A DNA stretch of 63,508 nt, counting the filler. It is 6 parts of 6 records of this genome, joined end to end, with 100 filler letters (N's around TTAATTAATTAA, not from the genome) between each part and the next. Parts side by side here need not be neighbours in the genome. Positions count along the whole stretch, not along the records: positions 1 to 8,398 come from SRR31156797_17637; positions 8,499 to 23,197 come from SRR31156797_17647; 4 more parts are not named here. One strand, 5' to 3'. Position numbers and translations under genes: made by a program. Of the stretch, positions 1-10,142 are shown piece by piece. How positions within the stretch are numbered: position 1 is the first letter of the stretch; each line of letters starts with the position of its first letter. The notes below the pieces were generated by a model, which searched no databases, had not been told where the DNA came from, and worked only from the letters and a program-made list of their open reading frames with translations.

Positions 1-444
1 TTCAGATACATTTCCACCTAAAGTAGAGTACTCTTCACTTGCTGGGTCTGGTGGATAAAATAGTCCTACTTTTTCAACGGCTTTTTGGAACTCCATATTA
101 ATAAGTCCTGGTTGAACAACTCCAACCATATTTTCCATATCAATTTCAAGTAATTTATTCATATGTCTTTCTAATGAAAGGATAATTCCACCATTAGCAG
201 GTAAAGAACCACCTGTGAAACCACTTCCTGCACCTCTTGGTACAATTACTATTTCATTGTCATTACAATATTTTAGTACTTTTGAGATATCTTGTTCATC
301 CCTTGGGAAAACAACTGCATCTGGCTCAAATCTCTCTTTTGTTGCATCATAGCAGTAAGCGATTAAATGTGCTTTGTCAGCTTTAATATTTTCTTCACCT
401 ACAATAGATTTAAAATATTCAATATGTTCTTTATTTAGCTGCAT
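1..444 (-). CDS. glcD: FAD-linked oxidase, glycolate oxidase GlcD / D-lactate dehydrogenase family (3' end runs off the window)
   Basis: Not in the ORF track. Manual translation from ATG at 444: MQLNKEHIEYFKSIVGEENI...YCYDAT...VPRGAGSGFTGG...FYPPDPASEEYSTLGGNVSE, the FAD_binding_4 motifs. Confidence 0.9.
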   Translation of the reverse strand, partial: MQLNKEHIEYFKSIVGEENIKADKAHLIAYCYDATKERFEPDAVVFPRDEQDISKVLKYCNDNEIVIVPRGAGSGFTGGSLPANGGIILSLERHMNKLLEIDMENMVGVVQPGLINMEFQKAVEKVGLFYPPDPASEEYSTLGGNVSE

Positions 445-1522
445 CTTTTAAACCTAAAATTGTTTTGTAATAGTTGTTATAAATCTCACCTTTAACTTGT
501 AAAGCACCAGATTCAAGTTCATCTTCTAATAAAATTTGTTCTTCAGTTCTTTCATCATCACCTAAGAAAGTTTTTAAGAATCCTAACCAGTTTTCATAAT
601 CTAACACAGAATCAAATGCATTTTTTTCAATTTTTTCAATTCTTGTATAAAATGGCATTTTTTCATCTTGTGTAAAGTTATATGAAAGTGAACCTTTTTC
701 TAAAATAGCAAATGTTTTACTATCTACAATATAAGTAGTACTTCCAATTACAAAGAAAATAGTCCCAATATTTTGAGTTGCAGCAAACTCTTGAATAGTC
801 TCTTTTGAAGGTAATGGTTCACCTTGAACTTTTAGTTTTGCAGCAAAAATATCAGCATGTAAAAAGTCATTGTCTTTGTATTTTTCTCTTGTAGCTAAAA
901 ATGCATCTTGTGAAGGAGCAATAATCATAGATGAATCATATAAATAATTAACTATTACTTTATCTCCATTTACAGGCTTTCTAGTTGAAGTAGGGATTGC
1001 ATTTTGCTTAATATCTAAAAATGGAATAATTTTTAGTGTTGAACCATTTGCATTTGAGTCTGTAACATAAGCATTTGCTACAATAAGTGATTTACCATTT
1101 TTATAAGTATGCTCAATAATTGCACTTTGTCCAACTCTTAGGTTTCCTACATTTATAGATGCAGTATCTCCATTAATATCAGAGATTCTTGTAGTAATTG
1201 GATTATACTCTAGTTTTGTATATTTGTTTTCCATGAATTTTGCGTTATCAATTGAGATTAACTCTTTATCCGTTAAAACATAAATATAGTTTAAACCTTT
1301 CTCTCCATTTTCGATTTTTAAATCTTTTAATTTCCAACCATTTTTTTTCATTTGTGCAAATGAAAGTTCACCTTTACACTCTCCACCTTCAAGCTTTGTT
1401 GTTTCAATAGTAGAAGGAGATTTCCAATCTTTTTTATAACAAATTGTAGTTTGAGCACTTAATCCTTGTGCTAAAACAAAAGTAGATATTGCTGCAATTA
1501 AAGTTTTAGATAATAGTTTCAT
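431..1522 (-). CDS. Exported protein with plasminogen-binding PgbA N-terminal-like domain
   Basis: Signal peptide; segment VGQSAIIEH...KQNAIPT...GDKVIVNYLYDSSMIIAP resembles PGBA_N of Campylobacterota; directly upstream of glcD. Confidence 0.7.
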   Translation of the reverse strand: MKLLSKTLIAAISTFVLAQGLSAQTTICYKKDWKSPSTIETTKLEGGECKGELSFAQMKKNGWKLKDLKIENGEKGLNYIYVLTDKELISIDNAKFMENKYTKLEYNPITTRISDINGDTASINVGNLRVGQSAIIEHTYKNGKSLIVANAYVTDSNANGSTLKIIPFLDIKQNAIPTSTRKPVNGDKVIVNYLYDSSMIIAPSQDAFLATREKYKDNDFLHADIFAAKLKVQGEPLPSKETIQEFAATQNIGTIFFVIGSTTYIVDSKTFAILEKGSLSYNFTQDEKMPFYTRIEKIEKNAFDSVLDYENWLGFLKTFLGDDERTEEQILLEDELESGALQVKGEIYNNYYKTILGLKDAAK

Positions 1523-1530
1523 TGTTTTCC

Positions 1531-2040
1531 TTAGTTTGCTTGTTGAAGTTCTTGAAGTCTTTGTTTTACTACATCAGAGTGTAAAACTTCAATCTTTTCA
1601 CCTTTTACAGTTTTTTTCTTTCTAACATTTACTTTTTCCCAGATCTCTGCAATCTTTCCTTCTGGGTTAATAATGAATGTACTTCTTACTACACCCATAT
1701 TTTCTCTTCCCATGAATTTTTTAAGTTGCCATACTCCATAGTCTTCACACATTTTTTTATCAGTATCAGCTAATAAAGTAATAGATAGGTCATATTTTTC
1801 AATAAATTTTCTATGTTTTGCACTATCGTCAGGACTAACTCCTAAAATAATTGCATCTAAGTCATCAAACTCAGGTTCAGCAGCTGTAAAGTCACAAGCT
1901 TCATTTGTACAACCTGGAGTTAAATCTCTTGGGTAGAAGTATAATACAATCCATTTACCTTTTAAGTCTCTAGAACAAATTTCAATATCATCTTGGTTTG
2001 GTGCACAAAAGTCTGGTGCTACTTGTCCAACTTCTAACAT
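1531..2040 (-). CDS. bcp: Thioredoxin-dependent thiol peroxidase (BCP/PrxQ)
   Basis: YFYPRDLTPGCTNEACDF peroxiredoxin motif; GVSPD; RSTFII. Confidence 0.95.
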   Translation of the reverse strand: MLEVGQVAPDFCAPNQDDIEICSRDLKGKWIVLYFYPRDLTPGCTNEACDFTAAEPEFDDLDAIILGVSPDDSAKHRKFIEKYDLSITLLADTDKKMCEDYGVWQLKKFMGRENMGVVRSTFIINPEGKIAEIWEKVNVRKKKTVKGEKIEVLHSDVVKQRLQELQQAN

Positions 2041-2068
2041 AATAGTCTCCTTTAAAATCTATATATAT

Positions 2069-2779
2069 TTATTTTTTTATTGCAATAAATGTAGCAAAAT
2101 TCACCCATTTGAAAAGTGTTTCACAATGTTCAAATCCTGCATCAAGTATCATCTTTTTGTTTTCTTCATCCGTATAAGGTATAAGTACATTTTCTAATGC
2201 TTCTCTTTTTTGAGAAATCTCATATTCACTATAGCCTTGAGTCTTCTTAAATTCATAATACTCATCAATGTATTGTTTTCCTAAAACTTTATCAGATGAA
2301 ATTACTTTTTCACTAAAAATAAAAACACCACCAGGTTCTAGGCTTTCATATATTTTTTTAACTAGTTTTTCTCTTTGAAGAGGTCTTATAAATTGAAGTG
2401 TATAGTTAGAGATGATTAGTTTTGCATTTGGATAATCAATAGTATGTAAATCTTCATTTAGAAGTTTAATATCTACTCCAAAAGCTTTACACTTATTAGC
2501 TGCTCTTGCAAGCATTGCAGGAGAGTTATCTATACCTATTAAGTTTAACTTTTTAGAAGTATGCTTTGATAGTTCTATTAGCGTCGAAGCTGTAGAACAT
2601 CCTAAGTCATACACAGTATCATCGTCTTCTAAATAATTTAGAGCAAAATTTATTGTTAATCGTTGCATCTCTTTGTAAAAAGGAACAGAACGATTTAACA
2701 TATCGTCAAATACTGATGCTACTTCTTCATCAAACTCAAATTGTTTTGTTATTGATTTTTCAAATACCTTATCTGTCAT
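2069..2779 (-). CDS. cmoA: Carboxy-S-adenosyl-L-methionine synthase
   Basis: [45 protein letters not shown] motifs. Confidence 0.95.
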   Translation of the reverse strand: MTDKVFEKSITKQFEFDEEVASVFDDMLNRSVPFYKEMQRLTINFALNYLEDDDTVYDLGCSTASTLIELSKHTSKKLNLIGIDNSPAMLARAANKCKAFGVDIKLLNEDLHTIDYPNAKLIISNYTLQFIRPLQREKLVKKIYESLEPGGVFIFSEKVISSDKVLGKQYIDEYYEFKKTQGYSEYEISQKREALENVLIPYTDEENKKMILDAGFEHCETLFKWVNFATFIAIKK

Positions 2780-2807
2780 AGAGATATTTTAGCTAAATGA
2801 AGTTTAA

Positions 2808-4748
2808 TTATAATTTATCAATTGATTCAATTACTTTATTTAAATCAATATCATAGTAAAAACATGTTCTTTCGTCGCAGGCAAGATAGTTTTTTGTATT
2901 TTCTACTTGAGTTAAAAAGTAAGGATATTTTATTGTTTCAATAAGCTTTTTATTTTTTAAAAGATTATTTTTATTAGTTTTTAAAATTACATCTTGATGT
3001 TTTATTCTTGTAAATAGTCTTAGTGCATTTGGTGCCCTTGAAATATCATTTAGTATTTTTTGTTTTTGTTCTTGAATTTTTATTTTAGTACTCTCTAAAA
3101 GTTTTAAATCATAGTTTAGGTTTGCTATTGAATATAGATTGTTTAGATGTATAGAAATTGGGGAACTATAATGTCTATCACTAAAATAGGCTTTGTATTT
3201 TTTCTCTTTGTCATAAAACCAAGTTTTATCATTATAAAAATTTTCATTTACAAAAAAGGATAATTTTTTGGCTAAGTCTAAATATTTATTTTCATAAGTT
3301 TTTAAAAAAGCGTTTATTAAAGCCTCACTTAAAAATACATAATCTTCTAATAAAGCTTCTAAAGAAGGAGTTTTGTCTTCTACTTTTTGATGGTAAAGTG
3401 TATTTTTTATATAAAGATTTTTAAGTAAAAAATCAAGGGAATTAATAGCTTGTTTTAAATAGTTTTCATCTAAAGTAGAAACTTTAAATAGTGAGCTTAT
3501 CATCATGGCATTCCAAGAAGTGATAATCTTTTTATCGATAAAAGGAAAGTTTTCTTTTTCTCTAAACTCTTTTAGTAAAGCTTTTAACTCTTTGTTTTGA
3601 ATCTCTTTTTTTACTAGGTTTAGATTATTGCTTAGATTTCCAAACTCATCAAAAGCAATTTTTTCTAGCTCTTCTTCAATGTTTTCAAACTCATTTTCTT
3701 CTAAAAAATTGAATAGTTTTTCATAATCATATAAATAGTATTTCTCCTTTGCATCTACTGCACTATAAAAAAGGCTTTGTTCATTTTGTAAATAGTTATT
3801 TGTAAAAGCAATTGTATTTTTTATAGCTTTTAAATAGGTTTCATCTTTTGTATTTAAATAGAGCCTATAAAAAAGAGGCAAAACTTCTGCTTGGGTATAA
3901 AGCATCTTTTCAAAGTGAGGAAAGGTGAAGTTTTGATTTACTGAGTATCTATAAAAACCACCTTGTATATGGTCTTGTAAAGCATTGTTTATTAAAGTTT
4001 TACTTGTATTTAAAACAATTGTTTTAAGAGTTTCATCTTTATTTAAGAGGTGTAAATCAAAAAGAAAATTTAAATGAGAAGTTAGAGGAAATTTATTTTG
4101 CTTATCAAAACCATGAAACTTTTCATCATATCTTTCAAGCATAGTTTTTACAAAAGCTTCTTCGTGATTTGAGATAGTTTTTTTTATGTTTTGATTGCTT
4201 TTTTCCAAAATTTTTAAACTATTTTTTTCATTTTGTTTTGCATACTTTTGTAGTGTTTCAATTAGTCCAACTGTTTCATTTAAACTATTTTTTGGAAGAT
4301 AAGTTCCTAAAAAAACAATCTGCTTTTTATGGTTTAAAATAACACTTAAAGGCCAACCTCCATTTTCATTTTTAAATTCTCTATATTTCTCTTGGTATTT
4401 AAAATCTATTTGAGGAAGTTCTTCTTTATCAACTTTTATACTTATGTAGTGTTTATTTAAAATTCTTGCAACTTCAGTATCTGAAAAAGACTCTCTATTC
4501 ATTTCATGGCACCAATGACAAGTACTGTATCCTATTGATAAAAAGATTAGTTTGTTTTGTTTTTTTGCTTTATTAAATAGGTTTTCATGGAATGGTTGCC
4601 AAAAAATTGGATTAGTAGAGTGTTGTTTTAAATAAAAAGAGTCTTCCTTTGCAAGCTCATTTGCAATCTCTTTTGTAGTGCTACTAGCAAAGGAAAATTC
4701 TATTAAAAATATAAAAAGAATAATTTGTTGTAAAAATATCTTTTTCAT
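2808..4748 (-). CDS. Thioredoxin + (alpha/alpha)6 domain protein, YyaL/DUF255/SSP411 family, with N-terminal signal peptide
   Basis: SFYLKQHSTNPIFW, SIGYSTCHWCHEM, GGWPLS, PHFEKMLY, DKKIITSWNAMMI. Confidence 0.9.
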   Translation of the reverse strand: MKKIFLQQIILFIFLIEFSFASSTTKEIANELAKEDSFYLKQHSTNPIFWQPFHENLFNKAKKQNKLIFLSIGYSTCHWCHEMNRESFSDTEVARILNKHYISIKVDKEELPQIDFKYQEKYREFKNENGGWPLSVILNHKKQIVFLGTYLPKNSLNETVGLIETLQKYAKQNEKNSLKILEKSNQNIKKTISNHEEAFVKTMLERYDEKFHGFDKQNKFPLTSHLNFLFDLHLLNKDETLKTIVLNTSKTLINNALQDHIQGGFYRYSVNQNFTFPHFEKMLYTQAEVLPLFYRLYLNTKDETYLKAIKNTIAFTNNYLQNEQSLFYSAVDAKEKYYLYDYEKLFNFLEENEFENIEEELEKIAFDEFGNLSNNLNLVKKEIQNKELKALLKEFREKENFPFIDKKIITSWNAMMISSLFKVSTLDENYLKQAINSLDFLLKNLYIKNTLYHQKVEDKTPSLEALLEDYVFLSEALINAFLKTYENKYLDLAKKLSFFVNENFYNDKTWFYDKEKKYKAYFSDRHYSSPISIHLNNLYSIANLNYDLKLLESTKIKIQEQKQKILNDISRAPNALRLFTRIKHQDVILKTNKNNLLKNKKLIETIKYPYFLTQVENTKNYLACDERTCFYYDIDLNKVIESIDKL

Positions 4749-4756
4749 AAGATATT

Positions 4757-5614
4757 CTATCTAAGTTTGAAGATTTTGTTAGCTAAAATATCTCTAGCTT
4801 GGTTTATATCTTCATCAATTTGTTTTTTTAATTCTTCAAAAGAGTCAAATTTTTTATTGTCTCTAATCTTATCAATGAACTCAACTTGTACAGTTCTATA
4901 GTTATTTTTAATAGTTTTATCTAAGATGTGAGTTTCAACTGCAAAGCTACCATCTGTCGTAACTCTATGACCTAAAAATGTCACTGAATTAAATTTCTCT
5001 TCAGCAATAATTGTACGTGTTGCATAAACACCTTCATTTGGAAGTAGAAAATCAGATACTTTTAAATTTATTGTTGGAACAAAGCTTTTGCTACCTAATC
5101 CTTGACCTTTAACTTGGTCACCAAAGATTTTATAGTTTTTTGCTAAAAGTTTGTTTGCAAATTTGATATTTCCATCTTTTAGGTATTCTCTTATAATTCT
5201 TGAGTGAACACCTACTTCATCGATTTTGATTTCATCAATTACTACTACTTCTCCATGGAAAAGTTCTCTTAGTTGAGGAATACAGTTTTGTCTATTTTTT
5301 CCAAAACAAAAATCAAAACCTACAACTATCTTTTCTAGGTTTGGAAACTCTTCTTTTATTAGATTTAAAAACTCAATTCCATTTAGATGTTTTATATTTT
5401 CAAGCTCATAATAATAAATAGGATAAATAGAATACTCTTGTCTATAACTTTTAGGTGTTAAGTTTGCAAAACCTGATTCTATTGAAAGAACTGCACCATT
5501 CTCTCCTAGGTTTTCAAATAGCTTTTGGTGGGCATAATGCATACCATCAAAACCACCAATTGCAATTGCTGTTATGCTTTTTTTATTTATCAAAATAGAA
5601 GAGCTCTTCTTCAT
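4757..5614 (-). CDS. ribF: Bifunctional riboflavin kinase / FAD synthetase
   Basis: IGGFDGMHYAH, VVGFDFCFG, GLGSKSFVPTINL, ETHILD, IRDNKKF. Start set at MKKSSS (ATG 5614; ATG 5620 also possible), overlapping the end of tlyA. Confidence 0.93.
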   Translation of the reverse strand: MKKSSSILINKKSITAIAIGGFDGMHYAHQKLFENLGENGAVLSIESGFANLTPKSYRQEYSIYPIYYYELENIKHLNGIEFLNLIKEEFPNLEKIVVGFDFCFGKNRQNCIPQLRELFHGEVVVIDEIKIDEVGVHSRIIREYLKDGNIKFANKLLAKNYKIFGDQVKGQGLGSKSFVPTINLKVSDFLLPNEGVYATRTIIAEEKFNSVTFLGHRVTTDGSFAVETHILDKTIKNNYRTVQVEFIDKIRDNKKFDSFEELKKQIDEDINQARDILANKIFKLR

Positions 5615-6299
5615 TTCCATCTTTTCCTTCAAGTTTACTTTTTGCACAAGCTTTTAGATTCCAACCTAATAAGTTACATTCATCTAAAAACTTATCCCTT
5701 GATTTAGTGATAGCTTTGTTGTCTTTTACAACACCTTTTTTATCTCTTTTTACATTTGTTCCAACTTCAAATTGAGGTTTAAACAAAATTATAATTTCAT
5801 TTTTTGCTTGTAAATCTATATGTTTGATAATATTTAAAATAGAAATAAATGAAACATCACAAGTTACTACTTCAAACTTTTTTTCACTTTCAAAAGTTCT
5901 AATATCTTGGTTTTCATAAAAAGTAATTTTTTTATCGTCTCTTATTCTTTCATGTAGTTGATTTGAACCAACATCAACACAAACTACACTTTTAATACCT
6001 TTTTCCAAAAGTATTTGAGTAAAGCCTCCTGTACTACTTCCAATATCTAAGGCCTCTTTGTTTTCAAGGTTTATATTAAACTCTTCTACAAAATACTTTA
6101 GTTTATAAGCAGCACGACTTACATAAAACTCATCTTCTAAAAGTTCTACATTGTGTTCTTGAGAAGTTATAAAAGATGGTTTTGAAATAATTTTTCCATC
6201 TACTTTTACTTTTTTTGCTTTTATAAGTTCTGCAGCTTTATTTCTACTTTGAATATCAAAATAGTTCGTAAGATATAAATCTAGTCTCATCTCTTTCAT
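5583..6299 (-). CDS. tlyA: TlyA rRNA (cytidine-2'-O)-methyltransferase
   Basis: S4 domain (RLDLYL...SRNKA), YVSRAAYKL, LDIGSSTGGFT, DVSFIS, KPQFE, GKDGNEE. Alternative start at 6290. Confidence 0.93.
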   Translation of the reverse strand: MKEMRLDLYLTNYFDIQSRNKAAELIKAKKVKVDGKIISKPSFITSQEHNVELLEDEFYVSRAAYKLKYFVEEFNINLENKEALDIGSSTGGFTQILLEKGIKSVVCVDVGSNQLHERIRDDKKITFYENQDIRTFESEKKFEVVTCDVSFISILNIIKHIDLQAKNEIIILFKPQFEVGTNVKRDKKGVVKDNKAITKSRDKFLDECNLLGWNLKACAKSKLEGKDGNEEELFYFDK

Positions 6300-6375
6300 T
6301 GAGGAATTATAATAAAAAAATACTTCTTATTTGATTATTTATGCCTTTATTAGTCATTTTGAGTAAAATAGGAAA

Positions 6376-6951
6376 ATGTATTTTGTAAAAGAAGAAAGCT
6401 CTCATACTTATGAAGAGAAAAAATCAAAGTTTATTGCCCACTTAGCTCCTTTTAGTGAATTTGATTCACTTATGAAAAAATTAAGACAAGAACATCCCAA
6501 AGCAAGACATTTTGTATATGCATATAGACATTTAAATGAGTTTAATCAAGTAGTTGAAAACTCTAGTGATGATGGAGAACCCCGTGGAACAAGTGGAAAA
6601 CCAGCATTAAATGTATTAGCTGGAAATGAACTTATTAATTCTGCTGTGATTATAATAAGATATTTTGGTGGAATAAAACTTGGAACTGGTGGTTTAGTTA
6701 GAGCTTATAGTGATGCTGTTAATTTAGTTATAAATGAAAGCAAGCTAATAAAATATGAAGACAAAGAGAAGTTTTCTTTGACCCTTGATTATTCAAGACT
6801 TTCTAAGATAGAGTATATTTTAAATGAATTAGAAATAGAAGTTGCAAACAAAGAGTTTGTAAGTGATGTAACTTTAACTCTTCTTTTAACTAAAGAACAA
6901 AAAGATGAACTTGAGATTCAACTTCCAATTGACTTGAAACTAAATAATTAA
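6376..6951 (+). CDS. yigZ: YigZ / IMPACT family protein
   Basis: KKSKFIA, ARHFVYAY, SDDGEPRGTSG, RYFGGIKLGTGGLVRAY. Confidence 0.93.
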   Translation: MYFVKEESSHTYEEKKSKFIAHLAPFSEFDSLMKKLRQEHPKARHFVYAYRHLNEFNQVVENSSDDGEPRGTSGKPALNVLAGNELINSAVIIIRYFGGIKLGTGGLVRAYSDAVNLVINESKLIKYEDKEKFSLTLDYSRLSKIEYILNELEIEVANKEFVSDVTLTLLLTKEQKDELEIQLPIDLKLNN

Positions 6952-7007
6952 AATAGTTATAAATAAAGTTTCATTATAATAATTTAATTTATTATTTTGG
7001 AGCTTTT

Positions 7008-8398
7008 ATGAAAACTTTACTTCTTACTCTTGTATTCACAACCTTTTTATTTTCAAAAGATAAAATAGATGTAAACTTCAACAATCTTGAGCTTTTACAG
7101 CTTATTAAAATCACCTCAAAAACTTTAGGTAAAAATATTTTAGTCTCACAAAATATAGATGCTAAAGTAAACTTTGTATCAAATGAACCTATATCTAAAA
7201 AAGAGTTATTGGATATTTTAAAACTCTCACTTAAAGAGAATGGCTATACCCTTGAAGAAGAAAAAGGTCTTCTAAAAGTTGTAAAGATAAAAGAAACTAA
7301 ACTAAAAGCAGTTGAAGAAAAAAAACTAAAAGTAGAAAAAAGAAAAATAGAAGTAGTTAAGTTAATAAATCTAGATGCAAAGCATATTCAAAAAATACTA
7401 TCTAAAATGTTAGAAGAAAGAAAAGATAAAAACTCTAATAAAACAGCAGTGATTTATGAAGAAAGCTCAAACTCTATTATCTTAGATGGAAAAATAGATG
7501 ATGTAAACTCTATGTTAGCAGTTATAAAAAGTTTAGATAAAAGAAAAAAGCAAATATATGTAAAGGCAAAAATCGTAGAGCTTGATGATTTTTTGTTAAA
7601 TGATATTGGCTTTAAATTTGGAATATTAGGTGCTAAATCTTATAGTTCAGGACTTTATACTTTTAGTTCAAATTTAAATAATGGCACAGTTATTACTTTT
7701 GATACTTCATCTATTGGGCTTGAAATTCCAAATCTTACTTCTTCCCTTGCCCTTGGTGCTTCTTTGAATTTACTAAATAAAACTTATGCCCTTGATATTG
7801 TTTCAGAACCAACTTTACTTTGTTTAAATAACAAAGCAAGCTCAATTTATGTTGGTGAAACAGTATCTATTCAAACAGGAAGTACCACAACTGATGGAGG
7901 TACAACTAAAAATGTCTTTGAAAGAGAAGATATAGGTTTAACTTTAAAAGTAAAACCTAGAGTTGATTCAAACAAAGTCTTATTGGATATTGAAGCTATT
8001 TTAGAAGGAATAAAAAACAATAATACAAACAACAACCCTGATACTTCAAAAAAGCAAATTAAAACAACTGCTTTTGTAAATAATGGAGAAAGCATTGTCT
8101 TAGGTGGACTTATTGAAGAAAAAAGTGAAAAAACAATAGAAAGTGTTCCTTATGCTAGTGATATTCCACTTATTGGAGAGCTTTTTAAAAATAGGAATAA
8201 AAATAGTAGAAGAAAAAATTTAATCATAATTATCACTCCTTATATTGTTCCAAAAAATAAAGACTTAACATATGTGACAAATGAGTTAGCAAAAATAAAA
8301 GCTTTGGAAGATAAGCTTTTAGAAGAGTTACTTCTTGACTTAAAAAAGAAAAAAGATAGTTCTGTTTCTAAAGAAGAGACTTCCTTATCCCATGAAAA
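7008..8398 (+). CDS. Secretin, type II secretion GspD-like (truncated at the contig end)
   Basis: N0-like domain (VNFNNLEL...), N3 (NSIILDG), secretin domain (QIYVKAKIVE, ASSIYVGETV, DIGLTLKVKP, NGESIVLGGLI, DIPLIGELFK, IIITPYIV). Confidence 0.85.
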
Positions 8399-8498
8399 NN
8401 NNNNNNNNNNNNNNNNNNNNNNNNNNNNNNNNNNNNNNNNNNTTAATTAATTAANNNNNNNNNNNNNNNNNNNNNNNNNNNNNNNNNNNNNNNNNNNN
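8399..8498. other. Artificial contig spacer
   Basis: 44 N + TTAATTAATTAA (stops in all six frames) + 44 N; composition and gene content change across it. Confidence 0.98.
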
Positions 8499-9779
8499 GA
8501 TAAATAAATTAGTGATGGTATAACTTTGGCCATCGTATGAGCCTGTGAATTTAGTCGTGCTGTTCCCAATGGGAGAGAAGCCTTCACTTGGACCAGCAGA
8601 ACCACTGCCATCCCAGTCAACCTGGGTTTCATCGCTATTGAAAGAGATGTCTGCGGTTTGGATAAAATATTTGTCCCACTCCGCAGAGGTGTTTGATAAT
8701 ACAATCAGGTCCTCGGTTGTGGCAATCTGGTAAGGGTCTCCGGATGTTCCGGAACCACCTGAAAATAGTGATACAGGTACGTTATCATCCTGCATAAACA
8801 CCGGAGTAAAATCACCACCTGGTGAACCATCATTACCCCCGGAAATGGCTGAACCACCTGGACCACCAGCAGCAGTTACAGTCCCATTATTGGTTCCACT
8901 ACTTTTGTATGCTATCCTTATCCGGCCGCCGCCTCCGCCTCCGCCGCCGTTGGCGTTGGAGAGAGCGGTCATACCACCACTACCGCCTTTTGCACTTATC
9001 TCTGCATTTGAAGAAATTGTTATATCTTTTGCGTGAACTAAAATATCTCCACCGCTTCCACCTCCACCTCCATTGCTTTCTTGAGTTATTAAAGCAGCGT
9101 GTCCACCTGCTGCTCGTACTAGGCTACCATCATAAAATGTTAATGTTTTTCCTGCCCCAAGCTCCAGACTACCGCCGCTCCCACCACATGTATTATTAGT
9201 AGAATTATCAATATATGTCCAGGCAGGAAATCCACCACTGCTACCTCCCAGCAATGATGTACTGGAAGAGGCATAGGCTATACCGCCGGAGGTACCATCG
9301 CCTGCGTCGCCACCGGCTGCACCAAAACCGCCACCACCGGCCCCATTTTCACCAGCCCCTCCTCCTCCAGGTCCCTTTCCTGGTATCGGATTAGTAGTGG
9401 CCCAGAAACTCTCTCCACTTCTTCCACCGGGACCGGGACTCTCACTGCTTGCATTAGCAGATATTATTCCATAAATATTCATATCACCTTTTGACAAAAA
9501 GGCGATTTTGTCATCGTTGTCTTCAACGTTTTGAAAATTAATATATATGTCCTGCCCCAGAGTAAATTCATCAAAAGTAAACACCAGTATTGAGCCTTCC
9601 ATTACACCTGTGGCTGTTACTCCGCCAGTCATCGAACGGGTACTCATGTCTATATATACACTGGTAGAAGGGTTAAATGTTCCAAGAGATGTATAGTCAT
9701 CAGGGTCGAGATATTGTGCTGATGCGCTTACATAAAAAAGCATATTGAACAAAATGATTAAAGAGGTTGTGATTTTCAT
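8499..9779 (-). CDS. Large secreted Gly-rich / GLUG-type beta-helix surface protein (3' end truncated)
   Basis: Signal peptide MKITTS...ASA|QY; Gly-rich GGGGxGG repeats; GGSGTSGDPYQIAT...FTGSYDG module typical of GLUG-motif proteins. Start moved to ATG 9779. Confidence 0.75.
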
Positions 9780-9860
9780 AAGATTCTTTTTATAAAAATT
9801 TAATCTGCGAGGTGTGTGTAATTTACTTTTCATATTAATTTGGTTTATGTTTTCTTATTT

Positions 9861-10013
9861 CTACTTTTTTGCATCTATTTTGTTTTGTAATGCAATTGCA
9901 AGTTTTTTAAGTGCCTCTTTTTGCTCATGTGCTTTACGTATTTTTTTTTCAATTTCAAGATAAATTTCATCATCCTGGATTGTATTTTCTTTTTCCTTCC
10001 CGGTTTCTTTCAT
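9861..10013 (-). CDS. Unannotated 50-aa small protein, predicted charged helix / coiled coil
   Basis: Manual translation MKETGKEKENTIQDDEIYLEIEKKIRKAHEQKEALKKLAIALQNKIDAKK*; same strand as both neighbours and fills the intergenic gap. Confidence 0.55.
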   Translation of the reverse strand: MKETGKEKENTIQDDEIYLEIEKKIRKAHEQKEALKKLAIALQNKIDAKK

Positions 10014-10101
10014 TTTATCGATTTTTCCATAAAGCTAATGGAATGCTTGTGTGATGCGCAAATAAAAGGCTACTCAAAAGATACCTGTTTGCGTAAAATT
10101 T

Positions 10102-10120
10102 ACTTCACGAAAACTACACG
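10102..10120 (-). promoter_or_regulatory. Candidate operator: direct repeat CGTGWAGT with 11-bp period
   Basis: Minus strand CGTGTAGT-TTT-CGTGAAGT, just downstream of the LuxR-type regulator and upstream of the 50-aa ORF and surface-protein gene. Confidence 0.3.
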
Positions 10121-10142
10121 GGTGTGGTGTAACTATCAGTAA

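Noticed and set aside
8800-9440. Gly-rich CCx repeats as a collagen-like or tandem DNA repeat
   Set aside because: They are GGGGxGG coding motifs without Gly-X-Y periodicity or a fixed DNA unit.
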